Below, one piece after another: positions 56,585 through 64,000 of a DNA stretch of 64,000 nt (within the stretch, counting starts at the first letter, position 1; each line of letters opens with the position of its first letter). A model generated the notes under the pieces. The model was not told where the DNA came from. It searched no databases and saw only the letters and a list, made by a program, of their open reading frames with translations. Origin of the DNA: a virus (Duplodnaviria > Caudoviricetes); IMG/VR virus record IMGVR_UViG_3300043449_000929, positions 95 through 64,094 of that record, one strand, 5' to 3'. The translations under genes were made by a program, and so were the position numbers.

Positions 56585-57076
56585 CTAATTCGCCGCCGCA
56601 AATAGCTTCGTCGCGGCAGGTGCGAACCGTTGGTGATGAATCTCAGATGCTATCTGGTAGGCGAAGCTTGCTGCGGCTGGACAATCAAAGCTGCCTAAAT
56701 GCGTCGTCTGTCCATTTGAGGTAATCGACGACCAGAAAACGCGGCGCGTGCCACGGGTTTCTTGGTAAACGCCTTTAAGGCCGCTGCGCGCATGTCCGTT
56801 TTTGTTCCGCGCGTTCGCTGAGTGAGTTGCTTCTCTCAGGTTTGAAACGGCATTATTTTTTCGATCACCGTCTACGTGATCAATTATTCCGGCAGGCCAA
56901 ACACCATATTTTATTGCCCACGCAATCCTGTGCGCGCGATAACTACGGCCACGAACCTTTATTCTGCTGTAGCCGTGAGAATCATCTGAACCCGCCGCCT
57001 CCCGCCAAAACAATTTGCCCGTGGCTTCGTCGTAGATAAAAATCTTCCGAAGTTCTTCTGGAGTGAGTTCAGACAT
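56585..57076 (-). CDS. HNH endonuclease with AP2-like C-terminus
   Basis: AHRIAW, IDHVDGDRKNN..SNLR, SGLKGV, HLGSF. Confidence 0.9.
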   Translation of the reverse strand: MSELTPEELRKIFIYDEATGKLFWREAAGSDDSHGYSRIKVRGRSYRAHRIAWAIKYGVWPAGIIDHVDGDRKNNAVSNLREATHSANARNKNGHARSGLKGVYQETRGTRRVFWSSITSNGQTTHLGSFDCPAAASFAYQIASEIHHQRFAPAATKLFAAAN

Positions 57077-57272
57077 TTTGTTGCCCGCGACAGCCTTGGA
57101 AAGAACCGCCGCCCGTAGGCGACGGAGTTGAGGGAGGACCGGGCTAACGCCCCCGGCAGGCGAACCTTTCTACGTAGTTCTACTTACGTTCCCTTGAAAA
57201 CTACGAACGTTCGTTCTATATGCAGCCTGTCGGGTGAGCGGTACGATCCGTTAACCAGCACAGGAGTAACCG

Positions 57273-57500
57273 TTATGCGTTTTGCTTTTTTCCAACTGGC
57301 TTAGGCCAAAGATCGGGACGAGAAACCCAAAGCGGGATTACGCCGCCAGAAGCTTTCTCTAACAAAACTGCCATCTCTGCTGGGATTCCAGACTTCCGCC
57401 AATAGCTGACGGTTGACTGACGCTTGCCCAGAATGCGTGCCAGTTCGGCTTGACTGCCGAGTGTCTCGACTACTGCGTTGTAGGAAGTTTCATAGTTCAT
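57273..57500 (-). CDS. cro: Cro-like repressor (YdaS family)
   Basis: GSQAELARILG..QSTVSYW...IP...RPDLW; divergent from cI. Confidence 0.85.
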   Translation of the reverse strand: MNYETSYNAVVETLGSQAELARILGKRQSTVSYWRKSGIPAEMAVLLEKASGGVIPLWVSRPDLWPKPVGKKQNA

Positions 57501-57588
57501 GAACGTCAAGCTATACGAAGTTTCAGAGGCGTCAATCGTATTTTCTAAAATTTAACGACACGCCAAATTTGATGGGGTATAGTTAGCT
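57481..57588. promoter_or_regulatory. Divergent cro/cI promoter-operator region
   Basis: Minus-strand TTGACG(57535)-N16-TAGCTT with TACGAAGTTTCA in the spacer; plus-strand TATAGT 57578-57583. Confidence 0.65.
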
Positions 57589-58158
57589 ATGTCCGAGCTT
57601 GGGAAAAGAGTCGCACAAGTAAGGAAAGAACACGGTTGGACGCAGAGGGAACTTGCGCGCCGTGTTCGTAGTGTGAATCCAGAACTCGAAACGACATTCA
57701 CAACCATCTCATCAATAGAGATCGGCAAAAGCGAAGCCCCGACGATCCTGACTGAGTTAGCTATAGCTCTTGGGGTAAGCGCGACTTGGCTAAGGACGGG
57801 ATCTGATACCCCCTCTAAGCTAGATCGGATTTTTCAGTCGAAGCCATCGAAGCGACCGCACTATATTGCAGAGTGGATGGAGCGTCGTAATCTAACCAAG
57901 GCTGACCTCGCTCGCGACATTGGCGCAGGGAAAGCCGAGATCATGCGCTGGCTTGAAGATGACGCCGCGCCTGACGCAGAATACGCCGACAGGTTGAAAG
58001 CATATTTTGGGGCTGGGGTTGAGGGCATATTCAGCCACCCCGACGCCGATTGGCTCACTCGATTCTTTGAGGGGAGAAGACGGGATGAGATTGAGCGGAT
58101 TAAAGCTACGCTAGAGACAGCGTTCCCCCAAAAGAAGAAAACTTCAAACGGAGATTAG
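57589..58158 (+). CDS. CI-like repressor with two XRE HTH domains
   Basis: WTQRELA...ISSIE.G and LTKADLARDIG...I.RW; no S24 peptidase visible. Confidence 0.8.
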   Translation: MSELGKRVAQVRKEHGWTQRELARRVRSVNPELETTFTTISSIEIGKSEAPTILTELAIALGVSATWLRTGSDTPSKLDRIFQSKPSKRPHYIAEWMERRNLTKADLARDIGAGKAEIMRWLEDDAAPDAEYADRLKAYFGAGVEGIFSHPDADWLTRFFEGRRRDEIERIKATLETAFPQKKKTSNGD

Positions 58159-58161
58159 ACA

Positions 58162-58434
58162 GTGCCACTTAGATTGGCGTTTCAAAATATCGACGACTTT
58201 ATGGCTACGCTAAAGTTGACTGAAGAAAAAGCGATGCCATTGATCGCATGGCTGGACTCGTTCGAGGGCGATACCCACGAGAAAGTCTCATCAGCTATAT
58301 TCTTCCTGATCGCCAGGCGGCGCATGGTAAAGAACGACATATCGAAGGAAGAACTATTACAGCTCATCGCAGCAATTTATGACGTTGTGGCGCATGATGA
58401 TTTCTCCAGCATCCATTGGGCGAACGATGATTGA
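58162..58434 (+). CDS. Hypothetical protein
   Basis: GGAG upstream, follows cI. Confidence 0.55.
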   Translation: MPLRLAFQNIDDFMATLKLTEEKAMPLIAWLDSFEGDTHEKVSSAIFFLIARRRMVKNDISKEELLQLIAAIYDVVAHDDFSSIHWANDD

Positions 58435-58468
58435 TACGACGCGCTAGGACGCATCGTATTTTTTTCGC

Positions 58469-58496
58469 TTGACATTACGAAGTTTCATACCATTCT
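58469..58496 (+). promoter_or_regulatory. Promoter with operator in spacer, upstream of xis/int unit
   Basis: TTGACA-TTACGAAGTTTCATAC-CATTCT. Confidence 0.65.
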
Positions 58497-58532
58497 TGGC
58501 GTCAGGTTCGTAGAGAGAGAGAGAGACGCGCC

Positions 58533-58838
58533 ATGACCACCAACAACCACCCTGAATTTCTAGCCGACCAGCTAGGCGACAAGGACGCAGAGATTAAAAA
58601 GCTTGAGGCTGAGAAGCAGGCAATTCGCGAGCAACTACTTCCATACATGGGCGACGTCCCGGTTGTCGGGCAGCGCTGGACAGTCAGCAAAACAGAAGCC
58701 ACTTCCCGCAGACTGGATAACGACCTTGTTCGCTTAGCTTTAGGTGATCGCATTGGTCAGTTTGAGCGGCCAGTCACAACCACAACCCTTCGCGTGAAAC
58801 AGACAAAGGTTCTTGGCCGCACAGCGGAGGGCGTGTGA
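58533..58838 (+). CDS. Hypothetical protein
   Basis: LADQLG...IK.L.AE...IRE coiled coil; GAGAGAG upstream. Confidence 0.7.
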   Translation: MTTNNHPEFLADQLGDKDAEIKKLEAEKQAIREQLLPYMGDVPVVGQRWTVSKTEATSRRLDNDLVRLALGDRIGQFERPVTTTTLRVKQTKVLGRTAEGV

Positions 58839-58940
58839 TGATTCTCAAGTTCATGCTTATCATGCTCGCGACGTTCATGACCTGCTGGATTTACTTCCTG
58901 GCGGCGATGGCGGCAGTCGCGGCAATTACTGTGAAGGTGC

Positions 58941-59264
58941 GTGATGATCGGCGGCGTTGACAGGATCAAGGCCAACGATGCGGCGCGCATGTTAGGCGTA
59001 TCACCGCGACACGTTAAAGACTTAGCAGCTTCCGGCGAATTGCCGGGAGCAGCAAAGATAGGAGCGATCTGGACCTTCAACCCCGAAAAACTCAGAACTT
59101 ACATCGAAGAGAGAGAAAGAGAATGTCAGACAACCCCAACAAAAACCTCTTCAAGAGGGGCGAAATCTGGTGGCTGGAGGTCAGAATCCAAGGCCACAAG
59201 ATCAAAGAAAGCCTTGCAACGAATGAAGTCTCTGTTGCTAGAAAGCGCCGCGACAAACGCATAG
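58941..59264 (+). CDS. Excisionase-like HTH protein
   Basis: AARMLGVS...LA..GELPGA.KIG..W.F; overlaps integrase start. Confidence 0.8.
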   Translation: MMIGGVDRIKANDAARMLGVSPRHVKDLAASGELPGAAKIGAIWTFNPEKLRTYIEERERECQTTPTKTSSRGAKSGGWRSESKATRSKKALQRMKSLLLESAATNA

Positions 59265-60208
59265 AAGAATTGCAGCAGTCGGGCGGCGAGAAGTTGGCGT
59301 GGGGCGACGTTACTGACAAGTGGTTCGCTTCTTTCATTACGAAGAAGGGTCGCTCGCAGGCAACGGCTTCCCGCTATTACGTCAGTCTGAAACAGGTTGA
59401 GCCGATACTGGCGAAATACAACGTCGATAAGATCGACGGGCGTGTCATCCTCGCCATGATCGAGGCGCGGAAGAAAGCTGGCGTCAGTGAGTCAACAATT
59501 CGGCGCGACCTGACAGCCGTTTCCGCCGTCCTTAAATTCGCGGAAGATCGGAACTGGCGCGAAGGTAATCCAGCCGTATCGAAGCGCCGTCTACTCGATG
59601 AGAACAACGAGCCGATTGTCCTGCCCACCGAGGAGGAGATCCAATCTGTTCTTGTGGCATGTCCCTCGCGCTTTGGAGCGATGGTTCGCGCAGCACGCTA
59701 TACAGGGTGCCGACAGGGAGAACTTGTCACCGCTCGCTGGGATCAGTTCAACGAGGTTCGCCGCACCCTGACCGTGATCGGCAAGCGCAACAAGCGCCGC
59801 ACGATTGATCTGAGCAAAGAAGCTTTGGCTCTTATCCGCTCCCACCCCCGCGTCCCAAACTCGCCGCTGATCTTCTGTCGTGACGATGGCGGTTCGTTCA
59901 TGCAGGCGGCGTCAGACTTCACGCATTTCCGCCGTGAGGCGAACAAGGGTCGTAAGCACAAGATCGTCTTCCGCTTCCACGACCTGCGCCACCTCTATGC
60001 GGTCGAGTCTCTGCATTCTGGCATGTCGATCTACGTCCTTCAGAAGCATCTGGGACACACGACGATCCGCATGACTGAAAGATACCTGGAGCATCTTTCG
60101 CCGGAAGAGCAGGACAACGCCCGTCGCGGAACGATCATGGACGCATTTGGCGCTATCGGCGCAGACGCCGCCCCACAATCTTCCCAACACACGATAGGAA
60201 GTAATTGA
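59123..60208 (+). CDS. int: Tyrosine integrase
   Basis: TGCRQGE, K, FHDLRH, LGH, ERY catalytic residues. Confidence 0.95.
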   Translation: MSDNPNKNLFKRGEIWWLEVRIQGHKIKESLATNEVSVARKRRDKRIEELQQSGGEKLAWGDVTDKWFASFITKKGRSQATASRYYVSLKQVEPILAKYNVDKIDGRVILAMIEARKKAGVSESTIRRDLTAVSAVLKFAEDRNWREGNPAVSKRRLLDENNEPIVLPTEEEIQSVLVACPSRFGAMVRAARYTGCRQGELVTARWDQFNEVRRTLTVIGKRNKRRTIDLSKEALALIRSHPRVPNSPLIFCRDDGGSFMQAASDFTHFRREANKGRKHKIVFRFHDLRHLYAVESLHSGMSIYVLQKHLGHTTIRMTERYLEHLSPEEQDNARRGTIMDAFGAIGADAAPQSSQHTIGSN

Positions 60209-60209
60209 T

Positions 60210-60824
60210 ATGATTGTAGAAATCGACGATTGGCTGGGTCTTGAAAACCGCCAGGGCGGTAGCCCCGCTCTCGAGGGTTCGACTCCCTCCCCTTCCTCCA
60301 AGTGTCTGAAATCAAACGCTTTTTTTGCTTGTAAAGCAGACAAAAAACGTCTTGATGTAGAAGGCACAACTGGCACAAAAGGCGCACAAAACGCCCCACA
60401 CGCCCCACAAAAACGCCCCACAGTAAGGCGGGAAAAAACACGTGCGTTTCGCCGTTTGTTCAGCCGCGAAACGACACGCGCGTTACCTATACCTGAACTG
60501 TCTCCAGAGTTTTCCACAAAATTTTGGGAGCGTGTTTCTGCCGGATCAAACAGCGACTGTTGGAACTGGACGGGAGCAACGTCTTCCTTCGGCTACGGCA
60601 GGGTCAAAATTGGGGGGCGTCTCTACTCCACCCACAGGATTGCCTACACCTTCTCCAACGGCACCATCCTGAATCTTTCCGAGTATCACGGCGCTGTCGT
60701 TAGGCATTCCTGTGACAATCCGGCTTGCTGCAACCCAGCACACCTTTGCATTGGCGACCAGCGGGCAAATGTTCACGACATGGTTGCTCGCGGTCGCCAC
60801 TCGAATGGTGGAGGCGCGGTATGA
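60210..60824 (+). CDS. HNH endonuclease (true start probably downstream of attP)
   Basis: FWERV, CWNWTG, GYG, HRIAY, VRHSCDNPACCNPAHL. Confidence 0.8.
   Translation: MIVEIDDWLGLENRQGGSPALEGSTPSPSSKCLKSNAFFACKADKKRLDVEGTTGTKGAQNAPHAPQKRPTVRREKTRAFRRLFSRETTRALPIPELSPEFSTKFWERVSAGSNSDCWNWTGATSSFGYGRVKIGGRLYSTHRIAYTFSNGTILNLSEYHGAVVRHSCDNPACCNPAHLCIGDQRANVHDMVARGRHSNGGGAV
60237..60300 (+). other. attP: 3' half of tRNA-Ser(UGA)
   Basis: GGTCTTGAAAACC anticodon arm, long variable arm, GAGGG-TTCGACT-CCCTC T arm, CCA end; no D arm or 5' acceptor strand; about 30 nt after int. Confidence 0.85.
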
Positions 60825-61078
60825 ATCAGACCCCCATAACCCTCATCCTCGCCGCCACTCTCGGCGCAGGGGCGATGTTCGCCATACAGCCTCCGCTCCC
60901 ACCGGTATGCGAGCCGGTCGAACTGCTACGCTTCGTAGGACGAGAGCCTGAGATCCATGTCGTGTCCGAGACCACATACGGTCGCAGCACAGCAGACTGG
61001 CTCCAGCAGTTTGAAGACACGCCCCCAGTAGCCGAGGAGCAGCCGGTTCGTAGGAGGCGTCGTCATGGCAGGTGGTAA
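60821..61078 (+). CDS. Small membrane-anchored hypothetical protein
   Basis: GGAGG RBS, ATGA coupling, N-terminal hydrophobic segment. Confidence 0.6.
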   Translation: MNQTPITLILAATLGAGAMFAIQPPLPPVCEPVELLRFVGREPEIHVVSETTYGRSTADWLQQFEDTPPVAEEQPVRRRRRHGRW

Positions 61079-61496
61079 GCCTCCCGTCCTTCCGATCTTC
61101 CGTGAAGAAGCAGCTCGTCACGGCCTGTCGCTTGAGCAGCTTATCAACGACCGTAGCCGCAAGAAGTTCTTTGTTCGCGTCAGGCAATACGCCATGTGGC
61201 GCGCGAGAACAGAGACGGGGCGGTCGCTGAATGAGATCGCTCGGTTCCTCGACATGGATCACACAACAGTTCTTCACGGCTGCAACGTAATGGAAGCGAT
61301 CCCGCCAGAGCAGCGCGGCGTCATCGAGCTTCCCAAGTCGATGAAGAAGCGACCGCCGACAGAAACTTATCTCGGTAAGCCGTGTGTCCACGGACACAGC
61401 GGCCTTCGCTACGTCTCAAATGGGGGATGCGTCACATGCAACAAAATCAAGCGTCGAAAACAATATTATCAACGCAAGCTGATGGTTGCAGAATGA
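61065..61496 (+). CDS. DnaA C-terminal-like HTH protein with Cys/His tail
   Basis: RQYAMW.AR...SLNEIARFL.MDHTTVLHG; GKPC.HGH...CVTC. Confidence 0.8.
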   Translation: MAGGKPPVLPIFREEAARHGLSLEQLINDRSRKKFFVRVRQYAMWRARTETGRSLNEIARFLDMDHTTVLHGCNVMEAIPPEQRGVIELPKSMKKRPPTETYLGKPCVHGHSGLRYVSNGGCVTCNKIKRRKQYYQRKLMVAE

Positions 61497-61705
61497 GAAC
61501 GATTAAAACCATTCACCCGACGATTGTCAGGCTGCGCCAACTCAGGAAATCGCAGAACATCCAGCAACAAGAGTTAGCCATACGGATCGGTGTGAGCAAG
61601 ACACAGGTATGTTGCTGGGAGCGTGGATTCAGAGTCCCGAATTTCTTCAATCTCGTTTGCTGGGCCGAAGCGCTTGGCGTCGAAATCAAGGTGATGGAGA
61701 AGTGA
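61493..61705 (+). CDS. XRE-family HTH protein
   Basis: LRQLRK...QQELA.RIGVS...WERG.R.P. Confidence 0.8.
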   Translation: MRTIKTIHPTIVRLRQLRKSQNIQQQELAIRIGVSKTQVCCWERGFRVPNFFNLVCWAEALGVEIKVMEK

Positions 61706-61933
61706 ATGACACGCTACGCTAAACCGGAAAAGCTTCCGACCGTCATCGTTCGCCTAGCTTGGAAGCGTAAACTTGCTGGCCTGTCACGCGCCGCCCTGTC
61801 TCGTAAGCTTGGGTATCACCAAGAAACCCTAGCCCAATGGGAAAGAGGAATTGCCCGCCCTTCGTTTAAGTCTCTTCAAGATTGGTGCAGTTCACTTGGA
61901 ATGGATCTAGACGCGCGGGAGATTCGGGAATGA
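61706..61933 (+). CDS. XRE-family HTH protein
   Basis: GLSRAAL..KLG......QWERG...P. Confidence 0.8.
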   Translation: MTRYAKPEKLPTVIVRLAWKRKLAGLSRAALSRKLGYHQETLAQWERGIARPSFKSLQDWCSSLGMDLDAREIRE

Positions 61934-62172
61934 CCTGGACGCCAGAGCGAGACAACATCCTGCGCAAACGATGGGCCGAAAAAAAGCAATCGTGGGAAAT
62001 CGCGGACGAGCTAGGTGTTTCGCAGAAGTCTGTGCAAGGCCGCGCGCAACGCCTCGGTATGAGGTTCGAGAGATTAAAGACGAGGCGTAAGCGGCCCCTG
62101 TTCACAGGCGGTCATCGTCCGTTTACGCCTCGCTGCGCAGAGCTTTTGAGAGAGGCTGGGGTAAAGATATGA
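61930..62172 (+). CDS. GcrA-like N-terminal domain protein
   Basis: MTWTPER...LRK.W......EIA.ELGVS..SV.GRA.RLG. Confidence 0.8.
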   Translation: MTWTPERDNILRKRWAEKKQSWEIADELGVSQKSVQGRAQRLGMRFERLKTRRKRPLFTGGHRPFTPRCAELLREAGVKI

Positions 62173-62441
62173 GCGACGTTTTCTACCGCGAATACCTAGC
62201 CGCGTGTGCGGAGCGTGACGCACTCCGCGCCGAACTCGCCGCCGAGCGTGAGCGCAAGATAGTTCCGCAAGCATCGCTCGACATGCTGTGCAAGGAAGTG
62301 GACGAAGCTGAAGCGCGCATTGCCAAGCTGCGCGAGGCGCTGGTGAAGGCGCGGGCGTGGATTGTCGAAGGCAAGGTAGATTTTGACGACAGCCTTGCTG
62401 ACGCCATCGACGCCGTGCTGAAGGAGACGGGACATGAGTGA
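62169..62441 (+). CDS. Mosaic-array hypothetical protein
   Basis: LRAELAAERE, KLREAL, AIDAVLKET blocks. Confidence 0.8.
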   Translation: MSDVFYREYLAACAERDALRAELAAERERKIVPQASLDMLCKEVDEAEARIAKLREALVKARAWIVEGKVDFDDSLADAIDAVLKETGHE

Positions 62442-62793
62442 CGACATCGTGAAGCGGCTACGGGAAGGCACATTCGGTTCAGACGAGACGAAGACGGATT
62501 GTGTGATTAACGCACACATGCACCGCGCCGCCGACGAAATAGAACGTCTCCGCGCCGACCTCGCCGCCGAGCGGGGGTTCCGCGCTGAAACAGAGCGCCA
62601 ACTTCAAGATGCGTTCAATAAGATGGGCGCGCTACTTGAAGACCGCGACAAGCTACGCGAGGCGCTGGAGCCGTTCGCCATCCGCAATATATCGGACAAG
62701 GCTCCAGACTTAGACACTGTGCCGGTCTTCGTGGCGCACCTACGCCGCGCCCGCGCCGTGCTGGAGGAGACGAAGGGAGGCGGGGATGAGTGA
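62434..62793 (+). CDS. Mosaic-array hypothetical protein
   Basis: MSDDIVKRLRE, AADEIERLR, KLREALEPF, ARAVLEET blocks. Confidence 0.85.
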   Translation: MSDDIVKRLREGTFGSDETKTDCVINAHMHRAADEIERLRADLAAERGFRAETERQLQDAFNKMGALLEDRDKLREALEPFAIRNISDKAPDLDTVPVFVAHLRRARAVLEETKGGGDE

Positions 62794-63070
62794 TTGGGAC
62801 GAACTTAGTCCGCTAGAGATCGACAACGCCCGCCTTCGCGCCGACCTCGCCGCCGAGCGGGAGAAGGCGTTCACCGCCATGCGAGTGTTTGAGCGCTACA
62901 GAGAACTTGAAGCGACTATAGACAAGCTGCGCGAGGCGCTGGAGCCGTTCGCAAAGGGCGTGCAGTCGTTCAGTATGACGGTGCCAGACGCCATCGACGT
63001 TGAAGTGACAGCGGAAGACATACGCCACGCCCGCGCTGTGCTGAAGGAGACAGGAGGCGGGGATGAGTGA
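62786..63070 (+). CDS. Mosaic-array hypothetical protein
   Basis: RLRADLAAERE, KLREALEPF, RHARAVL blocks. Confidence 0.85.
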   Translation: MSDWDELSPLEIDNARLRADLAAEREKAFTAMRVFERYRELEATIDKLREALEPFAKGVQSFSMTVPDAIDVEVTAEDIRHARAVLKETGGGDE

Positions 63071-63404
63071 CATCGCCAAACTCCACTTATACGGCGAGTG
63101 CTTCATCAACGACGCAGGACCGTTTCGTATTAAACACGCAACGCTGACCACTGACTCTTGGGAATATGAAAACGGTGTCAAGACGAAGCATCAACCGGCC
63201 AGACTTGTGGTCAACTTTAATGACGACGTTTGCCTCGATGTCATTCGAGCAAAGATTCGTATTGTGACAGAGAACCACGAATACACTTTTTATGTCTGCG
63301 ATTTCATCGGCCAAGAGGAGCTTGGTGAACACACGTTCGCGGTGAAGAAGGTTTTCGGAACATATGGAAAGGCTGTTCTGAACATGGGCTATAGTTATGA
63401 ATGA
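63063..63404 (+). CDS. Hypothetical protein inside array, lacking shared blocks
   Basis: ATGAGTGA coupling; more AT-rich. Confidence 0.7.
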   Translation: MSDIAKLHLYGECFINDAGPFRIKHATLTTDSWEYENGVKTKHQPARLVVNFNDDVCLDVIRAKIRIVTENHEYTFYVCDFIGQEELGEHTFAVKKVFGTYGKAVLNMGYSYE

Positions 63405-63624
63405 CCTTATCGAACGCGCCGCAAAGCATGTTGCAGCGTTGAACGGCCATTCTGACGAATGGGAACGCTTTATCGACGAAGCGCGCGACTATGTGAACTT
63501 CGCCGTCGAGGAATGCGCCAAGGTCGCAGAAGGCTTTCCGCATAACCGCGAATGGGTGCCGGGAAGCCTTTACGACACGTTACGGCGCGAGACGTCGGCG
63601 GCTATTCGGAAGCTGGGAGGCTAG
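63397..63624 (+). CDS. Hypothetical protein
   Basis: EECAKVAE...AAIRKL motif; coupled start. Confidence 0.7.
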   Translation: MNDLIERAAKHVAALNGHSDEWERFIDEARDYVNFAVEECAKVAEGFPHNREWVPGSLYDTLRRETSAAIRKLGG

Positions 63625-63625
63625 G

Positions 63626-63886
63626 ATGAGTGACGACATCGTGAAGCGGCTGCGAGAAGAGCCGTGGGTGGCAGCGACGCACTATGAAGCCGCCGAGGAA
63701 ATCGAGCGGCTCCGCGCCGAACTTGCCGCCTGTAAGGAGCAACTACACCTAACGAACATTGATTGGTTTCAAGCCGAAGCCGAGCGTGACGCCCTGCTCG
63801 CGTTGCTGCGCTCTGCGGTGATGCAGTTGCCGGAACATAGACGCGCACGATTTGAAGACGCGCTGAAAGGAGACGGGGATGAGTGA
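63626..63886 (+). CDS. Mosaic-array hypothetical protein
   Basis: MSDDIVKRLRE, AAEEIERLRAELAA. Confidence 0.8.
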   Translation: MSDDIVKRLREEPWVAATHYEAAEEIERLRAELAACKEQLHLTNIDWFQAEAERDALLALLRSAVMQLPEHRRARFEDALKGDGDE

Positions 63887-64000
63887 CGTGATGCTACTCG
63901 GCGTCCTGCGGATGCCTATGCCTGACAACCCTGCCGATATGGGGGGGTTGGAGTGGGCGCAAGTCAAGGACAGGATGCGACAGGCCGCAGACGAAATAGA
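63879..64000 (+). CDS. 5' part of gene continuing at window start (to 325)
   Basis: GGAG RBS, ATGAGTGA coupling, open into the terminal overlap. Confidence 0.85.
   Translation, partial: MSDVMLLGVLRMPMPDNPADMGGLEWAQVKDRMRQAADEI
63968..64000. repeat. Terminal overlap, identical to 1-33
   Basis: Exact 33-nt match. Confidence 0.97.

Larger units (their letters stand above)
1..64000. mobile_element. Complete temperate tailed phage genome (circular assembly)
   Basis: Packaging, head, tail, lysis, replication, repressor switch, integrase and attP modules all present; terminal 33-bp overlap; no host housekeeping genes. Confidence 0.95.

Noticed and set aside
60215-60300. Complete tRNA-Ser gene
   Set aside because: No 5' acceptor strand or D arm upstream of the anticodon arm; position after integrase fits attP
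62169-64000. CRISPR array or diversity-generating retroelement explanation for the repeated blocks
   Set aside because: Repeats are in-frame coding blocks with irregular spacing; no cas operon, no reverse transcriptase and no adenine-specific TR/VR pair seen

Overview
The window appears to be a complete, circularly closed temperate phage genome of about 63,967 bp: the last 33 nt repeat the first 33 nt, and one ORF reads in frame across the join. The host is probably an alphaproteobacterium, inferred from a GcrA-like gene and a tRNA-Ser(UGA)-type attP. Layout: (i) a long minus-strand late arm (about 1.6-39.8 kb) with terminase subunits, portal, scaffold, an N4-gp56-type major capsid, a 2059-aa internal virion protein, tail/fibre genes and a lysis cassette; (ii) an iteron-rich, AT-rich non-coding block (41.2-41.5 kb); (iii) a plus-strand early operon of small genes including ArdC (41.6-45.8 kb); (iv) minus-strand replication/recombination genes (primase-helicase, SF2 helicase, Cas4-like nuclease, SSB, Sak4, RuvC); (v) a cro/cI switch, excisionase, tyrosine integrase and attP; (vi) an array of mosaic short genes across the circular join. 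The most notable signals not explained by the ORF track are nine hairpins with an invariant TTACAG loop and co-varying stems punctuating the early operon, with a type II hammerhead ribozyme or long stop-codon-anchored hairpins in the same spacers; an ORF-less group I intron splitting the major capsid gene next to a free-standing GIY-YIG nuclease; a methyltransferase + VRR-NUC cassette flanked by an exact 28-bp direct repeat; and the block-shuffled gene array. All protein calls are by eye from motifs and synteny; no searches were run.
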